Notes under the pieces: generated by a model | What the model was told of the DNA's origin: nothing | Seen by the model: the letters and a program-made list of their open reading frames with translations, nothing else | Database searches by the model: none | Part shown: in pieces, positions 18,328 to 27,028 of the stretch | How positions within the stretch are numbered: position 1 is the stretch's first letter | Layout: the number at the start of each line of letters is the position of its first letter | Made by a program: the position numbers and the translations under genes | Source of the DNA: a virus | Length of the DNA: 45,367 nt | Strand: one strand, 5' to 3' | IMG/VR virus record: IMGVR_UViG_3300049023_000013 | Span: 1-45,367 of that record

Positions 18328-20122
18328 AGTTGCGTATCTCCGGCGATGGTTTCTTATTTGTCCAAACGGTTATTCGCGCCGGGGTTCGCAGCTTATGCGA
18401 ATTGGCAACGATTTCGTCGTTCGTCAAATCTTCGGGCGGTTCAACGCCGGTTCGTTGGCGGAACCAATCGCGACCCTTCTTCGTCGCAAAATCCATCTTC
18501 GTTGAACCGTCGTCGTTAATCTTCGGTTCAACCGTGACGTATTCGTAAAAGCAATTGATGCCTTCGCAGTAATACGCGCAACGGATTGTCGAACGACCGG
18601 ATTTCTTGCCCACATGCTTGACATAGATAACGCGGTCAACGTTGAATATCTTCGTTTCGGGCAGCGTGTCGGCAATCAAGGCGTCCGTGCCAGCGGTCGA
18701 ATAAAGTTCGGGACCGTCGCCGGGCGGGAAGATGAAACCGCAAGACGTGCAAAACTTCGCCGACGAATGGTTGTAAAAGCCGCAACCCAACTTGTCGTTA
18801 ATGTCGCGCTTGTCTTCGGGGCATGTGCGAATTGGCGCGTCGCCCGGCGGACCTTCAGACTTCGGCTTAGGAACAACCGGGTCGTTGATAGGGCCAAGCC
18901 GGGGCGTGTTGCCCGCGTAGTCCAGCACAAGACAACCTTGCTTCGCGCCCGGCCAATAGGCTTGTTCGCCCGTCACTTCGTCAACCGTGACGTATCCGCC
19001 CAACCAAGGCCGGGTTCCACGGCCAAGCATTTGAACCCATAGGCCGGTTGACATTGTGGGCCGGAACATGCCGATAAGGTCGATAGGCGGATGGTCAAAC
19101 CCGGTCGTAAGCATGTTCTGATTTACGATGCAACGAAGGTTACCGCGCTTAAATTCTTTGATAACTTCGTCGGCGGCTTTGCGTCCGCCGGGCATCTTCG
19201 AATGAATGGCTTGCGCGTTGACGCCGAAGCATACGCGCAACGTTTCGGCCAAGTGTTCGGCATGGGCAGTCCCCGCCGCAAATATCATCCAACTACGGCG
19301 GTTCCAACCGTATTTCACCATTTCCTTTAGAGCTTCGTAATTCGTGTCGCGGTCGTCAACAGCCGCTTCAAGGGCAGCGCCCGCGAAGTCGCCGTTCGAC
19401 ATGCCGACGCCGCTTACGTCCAGCTTAACGCCCGTAGGACGCGGGAAGATATGCCCTAGAAAGCCATCGGCCAACAGCCGGGCAAAGCCTTCGATATTGC
19501 ATAGGTCGTATGATACGTCGGTAAATACTTTTCCGTTCGTAAGATGACCAAGCCCCATTCGATAGGGCGTCGCGCTAAGGCCGATGACCTTCAACCAAGG
19601 GTTCGCGGCCATTAGTTCGATAATGAAGTTCAAATACGCGGTATCGCCCGAAGGGCTGATAAGGTGCGCTTCGTCAACGAACATAATGTCGCGATGACCA
19701 AGCCGGGTCTTGCCGTCTTCGCCAAGCTGTCCGACCATAGACTTAATGCCGCCATAGACTATAGGCGCGGCAAATTCGCGCGCACCTAGCCCGGCGCTGT
19801 TGATGCCTAGCGGCGCGTTCGGCCAAAGCCATTTCAGCTTCGCCGCGTTCTGTTCGATTAGTTCTTTGACGTGCGTTGCCATTATCAGCCGGGCGCGCGG
19901 GTCCATTTGCATAATGCGCCAAGCCAACATTGCGATGACCAACGACTTGCCGGTTCCGGTCGGAAGGCAGATAAGCGGGTTAGCGCGCATCGGCGCGTTG
20001 GTCGTGTAATCCCAACCGCCCTTATGGTTGAAGAAGTCTAGCGTTTGTTCGACGGCTTCGACTTGATACCAACGCGGGTCGAAGCGCGTAATCAACGACG
20101 ATTGTTCCGATACCATCGCCAT
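18317..20122 (-). CDS. SF2 DEAD/DEAH-box helicase with a C-terminal zinc-finger extension
   Basis: 601 aa. Walker A is LPTGTGKS and Walker B is FVDEAHL. Helicase C-terminal motifs TTGFDHPP and QMLGRGTR are present. The C-terminal part carries CPEDK...CGFYNH...CTSCGF. Confidence 0.85.
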   Translation of the reverse strand: MAMVSEQSSLITRFDPRWYQVEAVEQTLDFFNHKGGWDYTTNAPMRANPLICLPTGTGKSLVIAMLAWRIMQMDPRARLIMATHVKELIEQNAAKLKWLWPNAPLGINSAGLGAREFAAPIVYGGIKSMVGQLGEDGKTRLGHRDIMFVDEAHLISPSGDTAYLNFIIELMAANPWLKVIGLSATPYRMGLGHLTNGKVFTDVSYDLCNIEGFARLLADGFLGHIFPRPTGVKLDVSGVGMSNGDFAGAALEAAVDDRDTNYEALKEMVKYGWNRRSWMIFAAGTAHAEHLAETLRVCFGVNAQAIHSKMPGGRKAADEVIKEFKRGNLRCIVNQNMLTTGFDHPPIDLIGMFRPTMSTGLWVQMLGRGTRPWLGGYVTVDEVTGEQAYWPGAKQGCLVLDYAGNTPRLGPINDPVVPKPKSEGPPGDAPIRTCPEDKRDINDKLGCGFYNHSSAKFCTSCGFIFPPGDGPELYSTAGTDALIADTLPETKIFNVDRVIYVKHVGKKSGRSTIRCAYYCEGINCFYEYVTVEPKINDDGSTKMDFATKKGRDWFRQRTGVEPPEDLTNDEIVANSHKLRTPARITVWTNKKPSPEIRNYEF

Positions 20123-20123
20123 G

Positions 20124-20981
20124 TCAGATTATCCGACTATATGCGTCGCCGCATGTCGTGCGAATGACTTCTTCGGGGATAATGCCGTTATGATGCGAAC
20201 AATACCATTGCGCGTTCTTCGCCGGGAAAGCGTGACGGCACGTCCGGCAATTCTTCAGCGGCGGGCGCTTGAAATGGCATATCCCCGACGCCGCGCACTT
20301 CTTACATTCATCGAACGAAGGATGCGTTGAAATCATCGGCAACGGGTCTTGGCTATAGATGACTTCAGCCGCCTTGTTCAACATCATGCCGGACAAGTGA
20401 CGGTCGGTCTTCAGCCATTCGAAATGCAATGCGTCGTCGTTCTTGTTGACGCCCATGTAAAGCGTCCAATCGACGCCCAAGCCGTCGCCGTAGCACGACG
20501 TTTGCGCCGGGTGTTCGGGGTGCGATATGTGAACGCCCTTCGACTTAAGCTTTTTGAATTGGTTGTCGTTGTGCGTCTTAAATTCGCCAAGGACAGGGGC
20601 GCTAAGTCCGTAGTGCGACGGCGCTAACATCATCGCGTCGGCGGACCCGCCAAAGTGTTCGTCGTGGGCAGATATGCGATATTGTTTCCCCGTGTTCGGG
20701 TCGCGTTCGCGCACGTCAAAGCCGATTAGCCGAAGCAAGGCGACGAAGCGCGGTTCTTCTAAATGCCCGCGATTGAACAGCCGAAGCATTCGGCCTTCGA
20801 ATTGTTCTTGATACGCCCAACGAAACGCCAACCAAGCCTTACGGCGGCACGGCTTCCCGATAGTGGACGCGCCCAAGTGATTACGAAAATCTTGGTCCGT
20901 AAGTTTGTGCGATACCGCGTCGGCGTCCGCGTTAAGTTGCGCCAATACGTCCGTTCGAAACTTAGGGTCTTCAAGCGACAT
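20124..20981 (-). CDS. PD-(D/E)XK exonuclease, Cas4-like, with a 4-Cys Fe-S signature
   Basis: 285 aa. It has one N-terminal Cys (GKPCRRK) plus a C-terminal C-x2-C-x5-C (CKKCAASGIC), the Cas4/AddB-type cluster pattern. The core E.K-type nuclease motif is LGEFKTH. SD GAAGGT lies upstream. Confidence 0.7.
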   Translation of the reverse strand: MSLEDPKFRTDVLAQLNADADAVSHKLTDQDFRNHLGASTIGKPCRRKAWLAFRWAYQEQFEGRMLRLFNRGHLEEPRFVALLRLIGFDVRERDPNTGKQYRISAHDEHFGGSADAMMLAPSHYGLSAPVLGEFKTHNDNQFKKLKSKGVHISHPEHPAQTSCYGDGLGVDWTLYMGVNKNDDALHFEWLKTDRHLSGMMLNKAAEVIYSQDPLPMISTHPSFDECKKCAASGICHFKRPPLKNCRTCRHAFPAKNAQWYCSHHNGIIPEEVIRTTCGDAYSRII

Positions 20982-20993
20982 GGCTTACCTTCA

Positions 20994-21025
20994 AAGAAAA
21001 ACGGGACGGGCGGCGAAGCCCGCCC
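20994..21025 (-). terminator. possible intra-operon attenuator/terminator hairpin on the minus strand
   Basis: GGGCGG (21008..21013) pairs with CCGCCC (21020..21025) around a 6-nt loop. On the minus strand this is followed, after 6 nt, by TTTTTCTTT. The stem is short and the gap is non-canonical. Confidence 0.3.
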
Positions 21026-21058
21026 CGCTTGGGATAGGGTCGGTCGAAGGTCGGGGCG

Positions 21059-21748
21059 TTATCGTGCGCCCCAACCGCCCCCGCCCTGCCCCGCCGCGCC
21101 GCCGCCGGACTGCTGCCAGCCATTGCCGCCGCCCTGCTGCCCGTTGCCGCCCTGTCCGCCCTGCTGGCCCTGTCCGGCGTTGTCCTGCTGGCCCTGCCCG
21201 GCATTGCCGCCATTGCCCCAACCGCCGGTTCCGCCGCCCGCGTTGCCGCCGCCTTGGTTCCCGCCATTGTTGTTGCCGCCGCCGAACGCATTGTTGTTGT
21301 TCTGCTGTCCGCCGCCGTTATTGTTGCCGCCGGTTTGCGCGCCGGGTTCGTTGCCGTTCATGTCATAGACCGCGACGATTTCGGTATATTCCGGCTTGTC
21401 CTTTTGCGGCGCAACTTCGATGACGAACGGCTTGTTGTGCAATTCGCTTGTGTCGTTCTGAATACCGTTCGGCATTCCGATGACGTAGCAAATCGCCGTA
21501 AGCTGTTCGCTAGAAATGCGAACGACGGTCGGGTTCGAATGCTGAAGCGTAAGGTTTTCGTCGCCCTTCGCGCCTTTCATCGGCCCGTCGATAACTTCGC
21601 ACTGAAGAACCATCTTGCCGCCGGTTCCGCTTTGCGTCGCTTCCAACTTCGTGTTGTAAATAATGACGGGATGCTTGCCGATTGGCAAACCGCCCCCGCC
21701 GCCGAACTTCGGCTGAATACCCGCCGTGTTGAATGAAAATGCAACCAT
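21059..21748 (-). CDS. DUF669-like ssDNA-binding protein with a roughly 95-aa G/N/Q-rich low-complexity C-terminal tail
   Basis: The ATG at 21748 has GAAAGGA 8 nt upstream. The N-terminus MVAFSFNTAGIQP....LPIGKHPVIIYNTKLEATQSGTGGKMVLQCEVIDGP.KG fits the DUF669 pattern. An alternative GTG at 21883 (8-nt overlap with the upstream gene) would add 45 aa. The tail is GGNNNGGGQQNNNNAFGGGNNNGGNQGGG...GGGGWGAR. Confidence 0.65.
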   Translation of the reverse strand: MVAFSFNTAGIQPKFGGGGGLPIGKHPVIIYNTKLEATQSGTGGKMVLQCEVIDGPMKGAKGDENLTLQHSNPTVVRISSEQLTAICYVIGMPNGIQNDTSELHNKPFVIEVAPQKDKPEYTEIVAVYDMNGNEPGAQTGGNNNGGGQQNNNNAFGGGNNNGGNQGGGNAGGGTGGWGNGGNAGQGQQDNAGQGQQGGQGGNGQQGGGNGWQQSGGGAAGQGGGGWGAR

Positions 21749-21875
21749 GTCTTCAAGTCCTTTCGTGGTTTTACGTTCGTAACACTGTTCGACCGCTGCT
21801 AGAAGTGTTGCCGCCCGATACGCCCATAGGTTCGCAATGTCTGTATATGCGTTTAGGGTCGCGCGTTCTTCGTCG

Positions 21876-22793
21876 CTAATCACGGTTAAACAAGTCTATA
21901 CCCTTCGCGTCGAACACCGCTTGGGCAAGTGCATTCCAAGCCGTCCCGTAACGATTACGGGCAGGGTCGGGAATTTGGATTTCGCCGGTCAAACCGTAGC
22001 GGTTGCCAGCGACATAGCCGGGCGTCCGTGATACGCCAAGAACCCGGCCTAAGTTCTTCGATTGTCCGCGCTGAAGCTGTTCGCCTTCGCCCTTCGTAAT
22101 GAACAAAGGTTCGTGAAGGAAGCCGACCAAATCGGCCCATTGCGTCAACATTTCGCGCTTGCCATACGTCTTGTTATTCTTCGGGGAATGCAACAGCAAA
22201 TCCCAACTATCGTATTCGCCATAGGCGGGGTCGGTCAACCGGGCGGCGAAGACGTGGCACGTAATGACGATATTTATTCCGCCGAAGATTGCCAGTTCGT
22301 CGCAAGCCTTCAAGAAATCATCGAACAGCCCGTTCGAATATCCGTAGGCTTTGCCGTAACCGCCGTGCGCGGTTTCCATCGTTTGCCGACCCTTGTTGTC
22401 GTCCGCAATAGTCTGTTGGTCAATGATGCGTTCAAGCGCCGTGCCGGTATCGAACACAAGCGTTCGCGCTTCGAATTGGCCAGCTTGCGCGGCTTGCTTC
22501 ACTTCGCCGATGAATTGCATAAGCATTCCATACGACGATATGAACGGGGTCTTCGGGATATTGACGACGGTTCCGCCGACTTCCATTTGGACAAGCATTG
22601 CGCGCGGGGCATCCGCGCCAAGCGAAGTCTTGCCAATCTTTTCGACGCCCGCAATAACAATGCGCTGCCCTTGCGTCGTCCGGCCCGTCGTGACTTGCCC
22701 AAGGACCGACCCGCCCGTTGTGGGCAAGGTGTTAGGCTGTTGCGGTCGAACTTGAATGCCCGCTTGCCCGAATGCGCCGCTGAAGTCGTTCAT
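21876..22793 (-). CDS. AAA_24 / Sak4-like RecA-fold ATPase (recombination)
   Basis: 305 aa. Walker A is IAGVEKIGKTS and a hydrophobic Walker B is TLVFDTGT. It pairs with a DUF669-like gene downstream, as in Sak4-type modules. Confidence 0.6.
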   Translation of the reverse strand: MNDFSGAFGQAGIQVRPQQPNTLPTTGGSVLGQVTTGRTTQGQRIVIAGVEKIGKTSLGADAPRAMLVQMEVGGTVVNIPKTPFISSYGMLMQFIGEVKQAAQAGQFEARTLVFDTGTALERIIDQQTIADDNKGRQTMETAHGGYGKAYGYSNGLFDDFLKACDELAIFGGINIVITCHVFAARLTDPAYGEYDSWDLLLHSPKNNKTYGKREMLTQWADLVGFLHEPLFITKGEGEQLQRGQSKNLGRVLGVSRTPGYVAGNRYGLTGEIQIPDPARNRYGTAWNALAQAVFDAKGIDLFNRD

Positions 22794-23062
22794 AGTTTTG
22801 CCTTCAAATCGTTAAGGATGGTTTCAACGTCGGCTAGTTCGACCATCCCGGCTTCGGACTTATCCTTAGCAGCTTGCAAAATGCCGTCAAGCAATTCGAC
22901 CGCCGACTTTGTATCGTTTTCGGACACTTCGTCGTTGTCTTCGTAAGCGTTGTTAAGGCAGTCTTCAAACCGTCCGCGAACCGTCGCCGGAACGCTAGTC
23001 GAAATCCGGGCGATATGATAGCCGTCAAATTCGATGACGTTACCGACGACGTTCAAGGTCAT
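22790..23062 (-). CDS. hypothetical protein (acidic, 90 aa)
   Basis: ATGA overlaps at both ends indicate translational coupling within the minus operon. Confidence 0.6.
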   Translation of the reverse strand: MTLNVVGNVIEFDGYHIARISTSVPATVRGRFEDCLNNAYEDNDEVSENDTKSAVELLDGILQAAKDKSEAGMVELADVETILNDLKAKL

Positions 23063-23709
23063 TGGTTGTTCAACTTCGCTTTCGGTTCCTTGATTTCAAG
23101 CGACGGGGTGCCGTTCGAAACTTCAAGAACCTTGTCAATTTCGGCCTTGACCTTGGCATGGGTCGGAATGGACGTGTCAAGCTTGTTGTATTCCGACTTG
23201 GAAAACTTCGCTTCCCAAGTGATGATACGTTCAACCAAGAACGACCCTTCGTTGCCGATGGCTTCGCAAGCTTCTTCGGCCTTTTCGACCTTTTCGTTGT
23301 CCGACGCCAGCTTGTAATTGACCTTATGGCCAAGCTTCACAACGCGACCGTCCGACAGTTCAAGGTTGTTGACGCCTTCCTTACGGCCCGAAACCGGGAA
23401 GGCGTAGTTGCCGACCATAAGCCGGGCTTCCATTTCGCTGTTCTTCGCCTGTTCAAGAACCGTCTTGGCGTGTTCGTGTTGGGCAACAAGCTTCTTCGTG
23501 ACTTCTTCCGAAATCGCGACGGTTGCACCTTCGACCAAGCCGACAATCGGGTTTTCGAACAGCGCATGGTTGACGCACGACGCGACCTTGTGCGGTTCCG
23601 CGTCGGTTCCAACGTTGATGAATACGACCGCATGTTCGCGGCATTCGGGATATTCGCAAACGACAACGCTAGGCGTTGCGGCGACGGGTGCGGGGTTGCC
23701 CCATGACAT
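23059..23709 (-). CDS. hypothetical protein, first gene of the minus-strand replication operon
   Basis: The start was chosen at Met38 (23709) of ORF 23059..23820 because AAGGAAGGA lies 8 nt upstream. 216 aa, no motif recognised. Confidence 0.6.
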   Translation of the reverse strand: MSWGNPAPVAATPSVVVCEYPECREHAVVFINVGTDAEPHKVASCVNHALFENPIVGLVEGATVAISEEVTKKLVAQHEHAKTVLEQAKNSEMEARLMVGNYAFPVSGRKEGVNNLELSDGRVVKLGHKVNYKLASDNEKVEKAEEACEAIGNEGSFLVERIITWEAKFSKSEYNKLDTSIPTHAKVKAEIDKVLEVSNGTPSLEIKEPKAKLNNQ

Positions 23710-23868
23710 GTTCGTAATCCTTCCTTGATAGTTTGCCCGGCGGTCCAGCGACGCCGAACCGACGTTGGCTTTATGCCGGTCCCGGCTTTTTCCGTCAAGC
23801 GTCTTTTTGCAGTTGTGCAAAATCTTTTCAGCGGTATGTTGTGGCGCAAATCACTTGGTAGGGCTTTC
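23710..23868. promoter_or_regulatory. divergent intergenic control region between the two transcription arms
   Basis: 159 bp between divergent starts 23709 (-) and 23869 (+). It contains the palindrome TTGCA-GTTG-TGCAA at 23807..23820. No canonical -35/-10 pair was found by eye. Confidence 0.4.
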
Positions 23869-24366
23869 ATGCAAAACACAACCCCTAGCGCGCCCCTGTT
23901 GGCGCGGACACAACAGCTTGTAAAAGAGGCACCCCGCCACGTCACTTACACGATGATGGCGACGGCGGCGGGCGTTTCCGTCGCATGGGTAAGCCGGTTC
24001 GCCGACGACAAGATACCGGACCCCGGCGTTAAGCGCGTCCAAGCTTTGCACGACTATCTAGCAGGACGGCCCGGCGAAATCGGCAACCGCCTTGACTTCG
24101 AAGAATGGAAGCGATGGAAGCCGAAGCGTCATAGTTGCGTCTATGCCGTGTTCGAAGGCGACGTTTGCCTTTATGTCGGTTGCACGGTCGATTTCGTAAA
24201 TCGGATGCGCGGACACGAACAGACAAAGAAGTTTGCCGGGCATAATCCAACGCACATTGAATTTGTTTGGTATCACGAAGAAGCCGTTACATGCGCCCAC
24301 GAAGTTAGGAAGTGCGAAAAGAAGCTTATCAAGCTTCATAAGCCAATCCTCAATAAATATAACTGA
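23869..24366 (+). CDS. HTH plus GIY-YIG nuclease-domain protein
   Basis: The ATG at 23869 is Met49 of ORF 23725..24366; earlier starts would overlap the divergent gene. The N-terminus MMATAAGVSVAWVSRF is HTH-like. The C-terminus CVYAVFEGDVCLYVGCTVDFVNRMRGH ... E..LIKLHKPILN fits GIY-(x)-YIG, R and E. Confidence 0.65.
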   Translation: MQNTTPSAPLLARTQQLVKEAPRHVTYTMMATAAGVSVAWVSRFADDKIPDPGVKRVQALHDYLAGRPGEIGNRLDFEEWKRWKPKRHSCVYAVFEGDVCLYVGCTVDFVNRMRGHEQTKKFAGHNPTHIEFVWYHEEAVTCAHEVRKCEKKLIKLHKPILNKYN

Positions 24367-24377
24367 AGGTTGGCGAC

Positions 24378-26786
24378 GTGTCATTCGAAAATATCCCCGA
24401 CGAAATGAAAGCATACGACCAATGGGTTGTATGGAAATACGAACAGCGCGACGGCGTAAGCAAGCCGACGAAGGTTCCTTATTGCCCACGATGGGCGACG
24501 AAAGCCGCCGTCGATAATCCCCGCACATGGGGCAGCTTCGTTGACGCGCTTCAAGCATATTCGACGGGGAAGGTTGATGGCATCGGGTTCGTGCTAACAG
24601 CCGAAGACCCGTTCGGATTTGTGGACTTGGATAACGCATGGCAAAAGAACGAAAACGGCGTTCCTTTGCACGACGACCCGCAAGCCGTCCACAACGTCCA
24701 ATTGAAGATATTCAACGGCTTTGACAGCTACGCCGAACGGTCGCCTTCAGGCGAAGGCTTGCATATCATTTGCAAGACGCCGAACGTTCCGAACGGTCGC
24801 AAGCGGTCAAGTGTCGAAGTCTATACGTCGAAGCGTTTTATGACGATGACGGGCGAAGTCTTCCACGACCGCCCCATTGCCGAACGCGGCGAAGTGTTCG
24901 AAATTCTTTGGAAGGAACTTGGCGGTCCAGCCCGTGCGCTTAACGCAATCGGGGACGTGGAACAAAAGCAATCCGACGAAGAAGTGTTGAAGGCAGCTAG
25001 GGGCGCAACGAACGGCGTCAAGTTCGGCGACCTTTGGGACGGCGATTGGCAAAAGTATTATCAATCGCAGTCTGAAGCCGACTTTGCCGTTGTGGACATT
25101 CTGGCGTTCTATACGCAAAACCGCGAACAGTTGAACCGCATGTTCCGTTCGTGCGCGCTAGGTCAACGCGACAAAGCGCAACGCGACGACTACATGGAAT
25201 ATATGGTGAATAAGTCGTTCGACCGTATGTTGAAGCCAATCGACGTTGATTGGTTCAAGATGGCGTTGGACGAACAGATTGCCACGGTTGACGCTATCGG
25301 GGCGGCGGAAGGACCGACCGCCCCGGCGTCGGATAGCGGGCTTATCGCAATGCCGGGCATGGTCAATGCAAACCCGCCGGACGCATCGCCAGCAATGCCC
25401 CAACGGACGGCGGCGGTCAACGACGTAATTGTTCCGCCCGGTCTTATCGGCGAAATCACGCAATATATATACGACACGTCGCCGCGCCCGGTCATGGAAA
25501 TTAGCCTAGCTGGCGCGCTGGCGTTCATGGCCGGAATGGTCGGACGCGCTTACAACATAAGCGGAACCGGCCTAAATCACTACATCATGTTGATAGCCCC
25601 AACGGGGACAGGCAAGGAAGCAATCGCGGGCGGTATCGCTAGGTTGTCCGAAGCCGTGGCATGGGGACCGGACGGCGTTCAATCGAAGGGCATTCGAACT
25701 TACGTCGGACCTTCCGAAATCGCATCCGGTCCCGGTCTTGTTCGTTGGTTCGAACGTAGCAAGTCGTTCGTGTCGGTCTTGGGCGAAATCGGCATTACGC
25801 TAAAGCGTTTGTCCAACCCAATGGCATCGTCGCACGAAAAGCAATTGCTGAAGGTTTGGCTTGACCTTTACAACAAGTCGGGCGCTGGCGACATGTTGAA
25901 CCCAAGCGCGTATTCGGACAGTAGCAAGAACACGGAAGCCGTTCCGTCGCCGTCGTTTAGCATGGTCGGCGAAAGCGTCCCCGAAGGCTTCTATCAGGCG
26001 CTTGACGAAACGATGGTATCAAGCGGGCTGTTGCCGCGCTTTACAATCATCGAATACACGGGCGCACGTCCGCCGAAGAATAAGTTCAACCATAACGTCG
26101 GACCCGCCCCAAGTTTGCTAGGCAACATGCGGGCGTTGGTCGCGAAGGTTGACGGGATTAACAACGCATTCCCACACAAGCCGATTAACGTTCCATCGTC
26201 CAAGGAAGCCGAAACCTTGTTCGACCAATTCGACAAATACGCCGACACGCAAATTAACGGCAACCAAGGCGAAGTCGTCAAACAGCTTTGGAACCGTGCG
26301 GACCTTAAGGCGATGAAACTAGCCGCCTTGGTCGCGGTCGGGCAGAACTGGCAAACGCCGGTCATTGACTACGCGACCGCGAAATGGGCAACGGACTTCG
26401 TTGCGCGTGACATTTCGGCGATGGTTGCGAAGTTTGCTTCGGGCGAAATCGGCGGAAGCTTGGACATGCAATGCCACAACGACGTTATTAAGTTCGTCAA
26501 CAACATAACCCGCATGTCGCCTGAAGAAGCGACGCGCAAATACAAAACTACGCCAGCCCTTCACGCTATGGGCGTTATCCCGTGGAAGGCTATTAGCCTT
26601 GGCGTGTTGCAACGTGCTTCGTTCCGTGCCGCTAAGAACGGCGCAACCAACGCGCTTAAGTCCGTCATTCAACACATGATAGACAGCGGCGAACTTCGGG
26701 AACTTGGTTCGAAGGACAAGGAACGGTTCAACACAACGCAACGATGCTTCGTCGTCAACGACATGTCGATAATTACGACGACCTAG
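24378..26786 (+). CDS. bifunctional primase-polymerase (AEP PrimPol) fused to a DUF3987-like helicase/ATPase
   Basis: 802 aa with a GTG start. The N-terminal segments QWVVWKYE...KVPY, GFVDLDN (catalytic DxD) and SPSGEGLHII (sGxGxH) are PrimPol motifs. Walker A in the C-terminal half is IAPTGTGKE. Confidence 0.8.
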   Translation: MSFENIPDEMKAYDQWVVWKYEQRDGVSKPTKVPYCPRWATKAAVDNPRTWGSFVDALQAYSTGKVDGIGFVLTAEDPFGFVDLDNAWQKNENGVPLHDDPQAVHNVQLKIFNGFDSYAERSPSGEGLHIICKTPNVPNGRKRSSVEVYTSKRFMTMTGEVFHDRPIAERGEVFEILWKELGGPARALNAIGDVEQKQSDEEVLKAARGATNGVKFGDLWDGDWQKYYQSQSEADFAVVDILAFYTQNREQLNRMFRSCALGQRDKAQRDDYMEYMVNKSFDRMLKPIDVDWFKMALDEQIATVDAIGAAEGPTAPASDSGLIAMPGMVNANPPDASPAMPQRTAAVNDVIVPPGLIGEITQYIYDTSPRPVMEISLAGALAFMAGMVGRAYNISGTGLNHYIMLIAPTGTGKEAIAGGIARLSEAVAWGPDGVQSKGIRTYVGPSEIASGPGLVRWFERSKSFVSVLGEIGITLKRLSNPMASSHEKQLLKVWLDLYNKSGAGDMLNPSAYSDSSKNTEAVPSPSFSMVGESVPEGFYQALDETMVSSGLLPRFTIIEYTGARPPKNKFNHNVGPAPSLLGNMRALVAKVDGINNAFPHKPINVPSSKEAETLFDQFDKYADTQINGNQGEVVKQLWNRADLKAMKLAALVAVGQNWQTPVIDYATAKWATDFVARDISAMVAKFASGEIGGSLDMQCHNDVIKFVNNITRMSPEEATRKYKTTPALHAMGVIPWKAISLGVLQRASFRAAKNGATNALKSVIQHMIDSGELRELGSKDKERFNTTQRCFVVNDMSIITTT

Positions 26787-27028
26787 TGTAGTCGGGTTGT
26801 ATGGGCGTAGTAGGCAAAAACCCCGGAAAACCGCCAAATAGTAGGTTGGATAGGGTTCGTGGTCTAGGGCGGGTTCGGGAAGAAATTGGGTTCGGCTGAA
26901 GCTACGGCAATACCAACAATTAATATACTACATACTATTATATACTACTTCTATGTTTTTCAACGGTTTAGGCCATCCGGCAACCAAACAACCCCATACA
27001 ACCGGGGTCCGACGAAGGGATTGACGAA
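26787..27028. promoter_or_regulatory. repeat-rich intergenic region with an AT-rich core: candidate replication origin and/or early promoter region
   Basis: GGGTTCG occurs three times at 26853, 26871 and 26888 (17-18 bp spacing). ATATACTAC occurs twice, at 26923 and 26940. The core 26911..26960 is about 20% GC. An 11-bp inverted repeat GGTTGTATGGG (26795..26805) / CCCATACAACC (26993..27003) flanks the region. It is the largest non-coding gap in the genome. Confidence 0.45.

Noticed and set aside
20763-21423. Plus-strand Pro/Cys/Arg-rich ORFs (201 and 172 aa)
   Set aside because: They are the complement of the G/N/Q-rich tail of the SSB gene (GGN read as NCC), which makes them an artefact of the low-complexity tract.
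21531-21542. tRNA T-loop-like GGGTTCGAATGC
   Set aside because: No flanking acceptor, anticodon or D-arm complementarity. It lies inside the SSB coding sequence. I found no tRNA cloverleaf anywhere in the window.
26911-26960. Sigma70 promoter calls on TAATAT / TATACT / TATTAT in the AT-rich core
   Set aside because: None has an acceptable -35 hexamer at 16-18 bp (best are GAAGCT, GCTACG, CCAACA). I kept only a region-level regulatory or origin hypothesis.
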